A DNA stretch of 64,000 nucleotides from Octopus sinensis (Eukaryota). The notes under the pieces are model-generated. The model was not told the origin of the DNA and did no database searches. It saw nothing but the letters and a program-made list of their open reading frames with translations. Shown here in pieces: positions 12,726-23,139 of this stretch (positions are counted from its first letter, which is position 1; each line of letters opens with the position of its first letter). Made by a program: the position numbers and the translations under genes. The stretch is from positions 17,174,001 to 17,238,000 of the forward strand of contig NC_043009.1 of NCBI RefSeq assembly GCF_006345805.1, in the 5' to 3' direction.

Positions 12726-14422
12726 CAAGGGGAAGCATAAAGATCTCCCACATTTGGAGTGGGCCCTGTGTGGGCTGTAGTGGTGGTAGAGAGGTGGAGC
12801 AGGTCTTATTCAGTAGGCTAGACTCTGTTATTTTCATTTTCTGCATCAATTATCATAGCAATTTCTCTATCATTTTCAGAACCCATCATGAGTTGGATCA
12901 GTGAACATTGTGACTTTGTTATATTATGAAAACAACCAATAGGCGCAGGAGTGGCTGTGTGGTAAGTAGCTTGCTAACCAACCACGTCGTTCCGGGTTCA
13001 GTCCCACTGCGTGGCATCTTGGGCAAGTGTCTTCTGCTATAGCCCCGGGCCGACCAATGCCTTGTGAGTGGATCTGGTAGATGGAAACTGAAAGAAGCCT
13101 GTCGTATATATGTATATATATATAAGTGTGTGTGTATATGTTTGTGTGTCTGTGTTTGTCCCCCTAGCATTGCTTGACAACTGATGCTGGTGTGTTTACG
13201 TCCCCATCACTTAGCGGTTCGGCAAAAGAGACCGATAGAATAAGTACTGGGCTTACAAAGAATAAGTCCCGGGGTCGATTTGATCGACTAAAGGTGGTGC
13301 TCCAGCATGGCCGCAGTCAAATGATTGAAACAAGTAAAAGAGTAAAAGAGAGAAAGAATAATCTGTAATAGCAAGGCAGCAAGAGTTCCATAGACACTTT
13401 CACGCACAGTACAAATACATCTGTACCAGATCAGAAAACAATTTTACTTTGTAAAGTTAATCACCTGGCAGACCTAGGACCAGAAAATGTGGCAGCAGTA
13501 AGACCATCCATTCTGTTATCACCAAAATGTTCCACTCATAAGCAGAGAACTAGAGTCTGAGGAAGATTTTGCATGCCAATTAGAAACTGCATCCTTACAA
13601 AATGATGTTGGTTCAAGAATTAACTGAGACAGGTCATAATAACCGCAGAGCTGTATGTGTGAATAGTCTTGCACAAGTTTCTACTGCAGCTTTTCTCTTG
13701 AGTACCAATGAGGTTTAATAACATATCAATGGAACTGTAAACAAGTAGAATTTTCGCTACTGGGCTGAACATAATCCTCATGAACTCCACCAATGATTGC
13801 TTCACTCTTCTCACATAACTGATTGGTGTGAAGTTGCCAGCTTTGGTATGATCTGCCTGTACTCTTTTGAAGAAGGTGGTGCAACAGTAACTGTTACCTC
13901 TGACTGATATGTTGCAATGTTGGAGGCCTTTCTGCACCCCAAACTGGATGATTTGGACACAGGACATCTGTGGTTTCAACAGGATGAGGCCACAGCTCAC
14001 ACAGCATGACATTTACTTGTTAAGGGAAATGTTTCCTGGGCATTTGGTCTCTTTAAGGGGAGACGTGGGGTGGCTGGCAATTTCACCAAATTTAAGCCCT
14101 TGTGAATTTTTCCTTTGGGAATACTTAAGGGAAAAAGTTTTCTGACATCGTCCTCAAACTCTTGAGGATTTGAAGGAAAAGATCAGAGATGAAACTGATG
14201 CAATTCCACCTGAGATGACATGGAGAGTCACGAAGAACTGGGAATGACTCCATCAATGTATTGCGAACAACGGCTGCCATTTGTCAAACATAACTTTTAA
14301 AACCCATTAAAATAAAACTATGTTTTATGTACTTTTTAGAAATATAATCAGTTTTTTCCTAGATAGTTGTGTTCTTTTTTTATATCCATTCAAAATTTGG
14401 GAGATCTTTATGTCCCACCCTG
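12726..14422 (+). mobile_element. Full-length degenerate Tc1/mariner element, DD41D-like (Visitor/rosa), interrupted by a SINE
   Basis: Imperfect ~37-bp TIRs at 12726-12762 and 14386-14422. Transposase remnants MSWISEHCDFV..(SINE)..NNQSVIA..VPDQKTIL..LHPYKMMLVQEL..GTVNK*NFRYWAEHNP..WFQQDEATAHT..SPNLSPCEFFLWEYL..QCIANNGCHL. D-to-D spacing is about 39-41 given an indel. Confidence 0.85.
12941..13362 (+). mobile_element. tRNA-derived SINE, family A, full length, nested in the mariner ORF
   Basis: A-box tggctgtgtgg, B-box gggttcagtccc, core cttgggcaagtg, (gagtaaaa)n tail. Removing it restores AAC AAC CAA TCT GTA ATA GCA (NNQSVIA). Confidence 0.92.
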
Positions 14423-14429
14423 TCGTCAT

Positions 14430-14770
14430 GGTATTTGTATAATTATCTGAGTGATTATTGTATTGCATGATCAGCTTAAAGATATAGCATTGTATAACCT
14501 GTTAATATAAATGGTACTGTAGAACCACCTCAAAGATATGCTTTATAACCAGAACTTATAGATTTGGCACAGTATAATCCACTAACAGATACAAGTATAT
14601 TATCTAATAACTGTCTAAGGGATATGATACTGTATAACTAGCTGGATAGATATAGTACTATATAACCTGCATACAGATATAGTATACCAGCTCACTGATA
14701 TGGTTTGTGTAGCCAGTTGAGTAGATGTGATATTGTAAAACTAACACTTAGATATAGTATTACAAGAGAA
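14430..14770. repeat. Degenerate ~27-30 bp minisatellite, continuing at about 12570-12720 on the other side of the mariner
   Basis: Recurrent agatatagtactgtataaccagct-like units on both flanks of 12726-14422. Confidence 0.65.
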
Positions 14771-14977
14771 GATGTGATTCTTATCAATCTAAAGCTTTGA
14801 AACAGGAGCTAAACACCATTCTTTTAAATTCCCTTGAAACTGTATCAAACATATTTAAGATAGTATATTCAGTTCAAGAGTTTCTAATTACATAGATTGT
14901 CTATAACTAAAACACTAAAATACGTAAAATTGATGAATCGGTTAGAGGATGAATAAGAAAAGGCTCAAATAACTTAC

Positions 14978-15100
14978 CAATGCATGATCTTCTGTTGCTA
15001 TGTAGGATGAAACCAGTTTTGTTACAGAAACATTCAAATGATCCATTATTATTGACACAAACATCATCACAGATGTAATTATCTTCACACTCATTGATGT
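14978..15100 (-). CDS. Exon E: calcium-binding EGF module 4
   Basis: Acceptor ctttgtctag, donor G|gtaagt, 123 nt, phase 1-1. DINECEDNYICDDVCVNNNGSFECFCNKTGFILHSNRRSCI (inside supplied ORF 14907..15170). Confidence 0.93.
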
Positions 15101-15224
15101 CTAGACAAAGAAATAACAAGTTTGAGAAATATTGAATCTTATTTATACCAATTTGATGGGGTTGGTGCATAAAGAGTTGTCAACAGGAGGAACTTGAACT
15201 TAACATTTTACATGTGATGTCAGT

Positions 15225-16138
15225 GTGCATACTCGACAGAGTGTAGGTATCTTGAGAGAAAAGTTGGACCTAAGAAGCATCAGATGTGGTGTGCAAGAGA
15301 GACGACTGCACTGGTATGGTCATGCGGTGAGAATGGAGGAGGATGGCTGTGTGAAAAAGTGCCACACCCTAGCGGTTGAGGGAACCTGTGGAAGAGGTAG
15401 ACCCAGGAAGACCTGGGATGAGGTGGTGAAGCATGACCTTCAAACATTAGGCCTCACTGAGGCAATGACTAGTGACCAAGACTTTTGGAAATATGCTGTG
15501 CTTGAGAAGACTCGGCAAGTGCAAGTGAGACTATAACCTTGTGGCCTATGCCAGGGGTGTAACCAGCCCACTTATGCATACTTTTCCTTCGTTGGACACT
15601 AAACTCTGCTTGGGAAGACCTGTTGAGGCAAGTGAAATTGAAATCAAAATCAAATTTGATGACTGGCATCCGTGCTAGTGGAGCGATAAGAGTACCATCC
15701 GAGTGTGATCGTTGCCAGAGCAGCAAATTGGCTTCTGTGCCAGTGGGACATAAAAAGCACCATTCGAGTGTGATCATTACCGGCATTGCCTTACTGGCAC
15801 TTATGCTAGTGGCACGTGAAAAAACATTCAAGTGAGGTCATGGCCAGTGCTGCTGGACTGGTTTTTGTGCAGGAGGCACGGAAAAAAAACACCATTTGAG
15901 TGTGGATGTTGCCAGTACCACCTGACTGGCCCTCATGTTGGTGGCACGTAAAAGCACCCACTACACTCTCAGAGTGGTTGGCATTAGGAAGGGAACCCAG
16001 CTGTAGAAACTCTACCAGATCAGATTGGAGCCTGGTGCAGCCATATGGTTGGCAAGTCCTCGGTCAAATTGTCCAACCCATGCTTGCATGGAAAGCGGAT
16101 GTTAAACGATAATGATGATGATGATGATGATGATGATA
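15225..16138 (+). mobile_element. RTE-clade LINE 3' fragment with its repeat-containing 3' UTR (source of family D)
   Basis: ORF LREKLDLRSIRCGVQERRLHWYGHAVRMEEDGCVKKCHTLAVEGTCGRGRPRKTWDEVVKHDL (RL.W.GH..R and R.RGRP.K.W are RTE hallmarks); five tandem ~65-nt units; (GAT)n tail. Confidence 0.88.
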
Positions 16139-16454
16139 TGTGAATAAGCCACCATATCCACAACTATTCATAAACTGTTCCATAACAGTCAGAAGCATCT
16201 CCAAAAGCAAAATGAGTATCCAGTTTTACAGAAAAGTTTGATTATAAATGCCTTGTCAATGTACAAATGAAGGTAATTTCCATGGGAGATGTTTTTGACA
16301 AAAGCTGTTGCTAACCAAGAAAGTAGTTAAGTGGGGATAAAGAATTAGATTCTACTTTTTTTAGGGTTTTTTTCTTCTTTTTTATAATTTCAAATCTCTT
16401 TCCCTTAGCTCAGATGAATAATGTAGGCTTTTGTATGATAATCTCATGTGGGAC

Positions 16455-16785
16455 TCACACAGGGCCCACACAAACAAGGGAGGCTTAAACTGAGGACACT
16501 CTGAAAAGCAACCTTAAATGGAGTGGCATTAGACCATGTGGACTTCATGAGCTCTGCTGCAGACAGATTAGCATGGCTTCTCACCTCACAAGCAGCAGCT
16601 GCCTTTGAAGAGGACCAGTGTTTCACTGTAGCAAGAGACAGACGTCACAGGGTGGGTAACAGACTATTGTTGTGACATCTGTAGGTGCCTGTGTGCTTCC
16701 AGGTTTGGACTGCTAAGTCACATGTGCCTTCGTTGCCAAGAACACAGACTCTGTCATCATCGGACACGTATGGACTACCAAGAAA
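16455..16785 (+). mobile_element. Second RTE-clade LINE 3' fragment (different family)
   Basis: Frameshifted TLKSNLKWSGIRP..SAADRLAW..SQAAAAFEED..ARDRRHR..CDICRCLCASRFGLLSHM, the RTE C-terminal Cys/His motif, ending catcatcggacacg..gactaccaagaa. Confidence 0.8.
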
Positions 16786-17399
16786 ATGTATGGTTAAAAA
16801 GTTCACACCACAAGCATGCTGCCACTGGTTCAATCCCACTATGTGACATCATGAGCAGGATTGAAGAAGCTTCAAATCAAAAGACAGAGAATTCTAATTT
16901 GTAATATTAACCACAGAAGTAACTATTAAGGTGGTTTAGTGTTAGTCCTAGTTACAACTATGTTGAAGCTATATTAGGTGTGTCTGTGTGTTTGTACAGG
17001 GAAATTAAAGAGGGATGGTAATTGTTGAATACATTGGTCAAAAATATTTCAAGACTAGAAAAACTGAAGTAGAGGAAAGAAGTTCCGAAAGAAGAGAACT
17101 TTAAAAGAGTTAACACCTCTTTCAGATAGAAACACAGATAAAGATAATAGAATAACTTGGTGCATGAAGATAAATTTTTTTCAAATTTTACCATTTACAG
17201 AACAAAATCAAAAAGTACAAAAATGGAAAAGGAGTAAGTTGTTATTTATTTATATTTATATTTTTCAATTTCAAGGTTCACTTAACACATTTTTTAAAAC
17301 ACAATGAGTTATAGTTTTTACTAAATATTTAATTTCTTTCCTTCTTTTAAATATGTATATTTATTTCTGAATTTATTTAAAAAAAGAAAATCATTTGTG

Positions 17400-17419
17400 T
17401 GGATGTACATATATGTTTA

Positions 17420-17457
<38 letters not shown>

Positions 17458-17461
17458 CATG

Positions 17462-17493
<32 letters not shown>

Positions 17494-17578
17494 TGTATGT
17501 ATGTATGTATGTATGTATGTATGTATGTATGCATGCATGTATGTATGTATGTATATATATACATAAATACATACATAC

Positions 17579-17610
<32 letters not shown>

Positions 17611-17612
17611 AA

Positions 17613-17645
<33 letters not shown>

Positions 17646-17860
17646 TATATATATATGCATATCTATCTATTTATGTGTGTATATATGTATATGCATATAT
17701 ATGCATATTTATGTATGCATATTGCATATATACACATATGTGTGTGTGCGTGTGCCTGCATGCAAAGTATATCTACACACACACACACACACATAATATA
17801 TTTCATAAATATATATATAAGTGAATACAAATGTGTATATTTGTATACACATGTGTGTGT

Positions 17861-17915
<55 letters not shown>

Positions 17916-17980
17916 CTTACATGCAAATATGTATATATATATACTTACACACAAACATACACACACACACACATTGCTGA
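17400..17980. repeat. Compound (TA)n/(TATG)n/(TG)n/(GA)n microsatellite block
   Basis: Direct observation; explains all ORFs from 17377 to 18056. Confidence 0.95.
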
Positions 17981-18177
17981 ATATATAAGCATATAGACCT
18001 ATAACAATCTCCAAATGATGTATTTGGCTAAAAACCATAAATGAGGACACAAACATAAAGGAAAAGAAAATTATCTGGAGAAAGAAGTTTTGGTGTTTTT
18101 CATTTTGTTGGACCTATTTATTGGTTTAGCAAACAATAAAACTTGCAAGTTAATCTGACTACAAGCATTTTACTGAC

Positions 18178-18300
18178 CAGTACAATTTTTGGTATTTGGC
18201 TTCAATTTAAAACCATGAGAACAGGCACAGTAGCTGCTGCCGACAGTGTTTACACATATCTGTGAACATCCGTCATTTTCTTTGGCACATTCATTTACAT
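18178..18300 (-). CDS. Exon D: calcium-binding EGF module 3
   Basis: Acceptor tttttcccctcag, donor G|gtcagt, 123 nt, phase 1-1. DVNECAKENDGCSQICVNTVGSSYCACSHGFKLKPNTKNCT. Confidence 0.93.
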
Positions 18301-20259
18301 CTGAGGGGAAAAAGAAATATTCATATAAAACTCATAACAATAAAAAAAAAAGTATTGCTCTGTGGTCAGAATCTTCTCTGAATGAGAGAACAGATTTAGA
18401 AAGTAGAAAATTGTAGATTTGCTTTATCTTTTCTTATATCTTTAATCATAAAGAATGTAAGAATATCATACCATTGCAGACAGGAGTTCAAGCATAATGA
18501 CTAATTGAAATGACATACTCACTGTCTTGCACCAGCTGAGTATTGACTCCATTTATAACTTAGGTACCACACTGTTGGGGTTCCTAGCAAAAACCTGTTC
18601 AGTCACAGAATGCAGTTGCTTCACTGAACCTGGCTCCCTCACTTTACTCTGCTCAACCAGATTACTATGGCAGGTTGTGAACTAGTGAGCAACTGACTGT
18701 ATCGCATGCTACACACAGTAACCAAATATCTCACAATTAGCAAACAGTCATTCTGGAAAAGGGAGAGAAAAATATTAGGTACTCCACCCACAAACTGATA
18801 AGCAGGTCAAAGGTCAAAGTTAAAATGCCTGAGATCCTTGGCTTGCTGGATCAGAGTTGACTTGAAACTACACAACAATCTCAACAGATTGACTTTTCTT
18901 TTAGTATATTCTCCCAAAACGTCCCACAAGGTTACTTAAATCAAATTAATTTGTACTGTATGAGGACACAATATTTACAGTACTTCTAATTAGACCCACA
19001 GTACCTTGTAGCCATACTCAGAGTAGCCACAGATCTAGTCTTTCTCATTCGCAAAATGGGATCCCCCCTAATTTTGCTCAGATTGCTTTCAATTTTGGTG
19101 TATCGATGCAAATCTGAATTTTGATTATGATCAACCAATTACTTTATCTTGTAAATTAAAGAATCTGATGTTATTTGGAATTAAAGTTGGGAAATTAGGG
19201 TAATTTTGGCCAATCAACAGACAACGTGGCATTAGCAGGTTGTTACCATGACAACCACATGTTATGCTGTTGTTCACTGTTGTCTGTGCTGCAGTTGTTT
19301 ATGTTGATTTTTCACACTTAGCTTTTTTAATTATTTTTCATTTCATACATTTTTGGACTCATTGACTCAGATAGCTGGATTTATGATTTCACTAGGTTTA
19401 TTCTATTCATAAGAATTTAAATTAGGAGTATTTCTTAAACCGTTAGCTTCACATTTCAACAGCTTAACTGAAATTTAGCACACGTAACAGTAACTGAGAG
19501 GGATATTGTGGAACAGAGAAACCGTGGGCGATACAGATAATTTGACATTCTTGTTGAATTCTGCATGCAGAAATATATACTATACAGGAATTCTTTTCCT
19601 TGGGTCAAATTCTTTGTTGACCAGTATTATTCTTATCGTAGTTTACAAATCCAAGCATGAAAACGTTACTCAACTTTGGAGTTTTGGAGACAGATGCCCA
19701 TTTTTCACACACACACAAGCACTTATATATTATTGGTGTACATAAATACATGGTAGATATACATAATAGTGAAGTATACATAAAGCAAACACATGCAGAC
19801 AAATATATTAATATAACAAATTAAAAATAATAAAAACATACAATCAATAAAGAGACAAAAGAAACGGTAAGATGATAAATGTTGATTTTATTAAGTATTT
19901 CTGTTTATTTAGAAACCTAAAATGAAATTAGGTATTTCTGTTTATCTAGAAACCCACAGTGAACAGGTTAGATGCTAAACTATAAATTTCACAGGGTACA
20001 ACCTTAAAGTTGACACTGCTCTGTTTTCTAAACGCAGAAAATTTCTGTCTTGGCTAAAAATATCCAGTTTTTTCAATTTTTAAACCTCTGTAACTTGTAT
20101 CTCAAATTTTTTTCTCCACATCATACCGTCAAAGCAATGAGACTGGAAGGCTACATTATTATAGCAAATTTTCAGATTTTTTACTTCCTTTTAAAAAATG
20201 TATATTTTGCAAATGGAAAAAAAAAAGATCTGTAGCCTCTTGCTAGATCAAAGCTGCTT

Positions 20260-20640
20260 TCTTGACATACCAACACTACATTCCAGCCACACAAACCTTT
20301 ACCATCATTATTACCTTCAAGCTATACAACATTACTACCTAACCATGGTAAGACTTGCTTCTAGCAATTTCAATAAAACCTAGCTGTATCAAAACTACTT
20401 CCTAACTATACCAACACTGCAGGCTATACAAATACTACCTTCCATATACAAATGCTGTCTTGTAGCTATACAGCTCAACAAGCACTATCTTGTTGCTATA
20501 CTAATCCTACCTGCTTGCTAGATCAACACTACAGTCTAGGCATAGCAACACTACCTTCTAGCTATATGAAAATTATCCTAGCTATATGAACATTATCTTC
20601 TGACTTATACCAGTACTAGCTTGCAGTTATATCAACACTG
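20260..20640. repeat. Degenerate ~21-22 bp minisatellite
   Basis: Units such as taggcatagcaacactaccttc, tagctatatgaacattatcttc, tgctagatcaacactacagtc; a related patch lies at about 22710-22800. Confidence 0.6.
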
Positions 20641-20814
20641 GTGGTCATTTAGCTCCTCTTATACAACAAGCTACAAAATGATTTCAACAGTCCTCACAGT
20701 AACTGTTTTAGTGCCTTTTACATCAGTTGTCCTATGGCTTGGAACATCCAATGTTAACAGAGTTACATCCATGTTTGCTATGGGACACAATTCAAATGAA
20801 ACTCATTTTCTTCA

Positions 20815-21000
20815 TTGTTTCACAACTAGTGTTGGTATGCTTACATCCCCATAACTTAGTGGTTTGGCAAAAGAGACAGATAAAACCAAGTTTAAAATTT
20901 AAAGAAAAGCACTGAGGTTGATTCATTCATCTAATATTCTTCAAGGCAATGCTCCAGCATGGCTGCAGTCTAATGACTGGAACAAGTAAAAGACAAAACA
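20815..21000 (+). mobile_element. SINE family A, 3' half
   Basis: cttagtggtttggcaaaagagacagataaaa...gctccagcatggctgcagtctaatgactggaacaagtaaaag. Similar fragments at 45760-45980(+), 22460-22640(-), 37650-37790(-), 44240-44310(-), 44830-44980(+). Confidence 0.75.
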
Positions 21001-22020
21001 TATGTGACCTTCTTTGTGACACAGATTACCATATTTGTAGAAACAGATAGTCTTTGCCTTCTCAAATCCACAACCCATTTAATATATTAAATATGTATAT
21101 ATAAGACCTTATCATTTTGCTTTTTTCCTTGCTGTAAATTGCAATTATCTCTTTTAACAATTTTCAATTTTTCTTCTTGACTGAGTCAGCAACAAATCAT
21201 TTATTTTTTTTTTACTAGCTGGTAGAGAACCAAAATGTCTTTCCAAAGTTCTATTTCCATGTGACTTTTTAATCTTTTTTTTTAATAATTAATTGCACTT
21301 AATTTGAATTTAGCTATGTATGATAGTCTCTTTTCGTTAGACATCCTGAGGGTGTGAAAGGTAAAACAAAAAAAAAAATGAAGAAACAAACTGTTTTGCT
21401 TTCTATGCTTTCAATACTTTGGCTTCCGGTTATGCATCCAGCTGATGGTAAGCACATACCAGACAGCCAAGTAGCTGACAAAATTTTAAAAAATGATTAG
21501 GTGGTTGCTAACACTAATTGCATTAAGCACTTTGATTGGTCAACCGCAAAGCACATTTGCAATCCAAGGCAAGCACTCAAAAACAATTTTTTTTGTTAAA
21601 AAGTTAGGCCAGAAATTCATCAATATCAAAAATGGCCTTACTCTACACTCTGTAATTTACAAGCTCTTTTACTCTCATTTGTTACTATAACATATTTTTT
21701 TTAACATTTCAGGGAGCATTTACATGTTTTTAAAAGTAAAATATTTCTATTGATATAAATATAGTTGAACTGTATGCATTCTTATCTACATATATCTACA
21801 TAGAACACGTGTATACCATACATCATCATCATCATATACTGTCATTTATATATATATATATATATAAATATAAATATACACATATATATATGTATATATA
21901 TATATATTTCGTTTTGGGATTTGGTTTGCAAGTGGTAAGGCTTCAACATGTAGTAAAACATTTGATCAGCGAAGAGGATAAAGATAATGTTTTAATAAAA
22001 ATCACAAATCATGTTAAATA

Positions 22021-22327
22021 CAGCTACCAAGGTTTTCCGGGTCAAAATAATTTATTTTACCATTTTTCAAGCTGAGAACAAGACCGTTTGTCAGGTGTCT
22101 TTTGAGCAGATAGTGTTTAAATAGTCTTCTTTTAAAAACATATAATGCTCCTCAAGAAATACATCTTGTCAGATTTCAAATGTCTTTTTTTTTTCTTGCC
22201 TTCTTCCTTACCAATGTCTCTTATTTAACTGTCATCTGCTCAAAAGACAACTGACAAATGGTCTTGTTCTCAGTTTGAAAAATGGTGAAATAAACTATTA
22301 TTTTGACCAGAAAACCCTGGGTAGGTG
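22021..22327. mobile_element. MITE-like foldback element
   Basis: Arms of about 105 bp (22021-22124 and 22221-22327) are reverse complements at roughly 85% by eye, with a ~96-bp spacer. Confidence 0.75.
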
Positions 22328-22360
22328 CATTTAGCAAGATCTGTGGTTTTATTATAACAT

Positions 22361-22410
<50 letters not shown>

Positions 22411-23139
22411 ATTCTTACCTTTGATGTCTATGGCACAAGCATATAAATTTGGGCAGGGAAATAGGTGTTTCTCATTCATCAAAAAGTATAGCACATACAT
22501 TATATGAGAGACTATTTTCAGTTTCTGTCTACCATATCAGCTCTCAAGGTTTTGGCCTGTTTTGTGCTTTAGTTGAAGGATGCCATGCTGTGAGACTGAA
22601 CCCAAAACCACATGACTGGGAAGAAGACTTTTTAATCACACAGCCATACCTGCAGCTTGCTGTAATAACACTACCTTTTACTAATTAGTTGAGGCAGATT
22701 TTCTACAGCCAATACCAACCCTGTCACAAGCCATACCAATACTACCTTCTTACTAAACCAACAGTATTAGATATATCAAGACTATTTTCTATATCGAACC
22801 TGCACCACTTAAGTGATAGTCTTTGTCTCAAATAATACCTAGTATGCATTTTTTTTTCTTTTTGCAGACACTTTGCTCCCTCTCTACAGATGACAGTAAT
22901 GAATTCCTATGATGCTTCATCTTATCATTCATCCTTTTGGCTCTCTTTATCCAACAACCATTAATATAACTCAGAATGACTTATGTATGTTCTCTTCTGT
23001 TTTTAACTATTTAAATTCTTCCTCTGAGGAAGGAGCTGGTTTCTAACAAAGATATAAAACACCATCATTGGAATGTAGATAATGAAAACAAGGCCACATT
23101 TTAAATTTGAGAAAAAGCTTGCATATTTTTACTGTTTCA

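Noticed and set aside
12942-13020. tRNA-like sequences at SINE heads (also 6534-6605)
   Set aside because: They have A/B boxes but no complete cloverleaf and continue into SINE bodies; not tRNA genes.
15660-15965. Repeat-spacer-like periodicity suggestive of CRISPR
   Set aside because: Eukaryotic context; the 'spacers' are homologous to each other and the array is part of an RTE 3' UTR.
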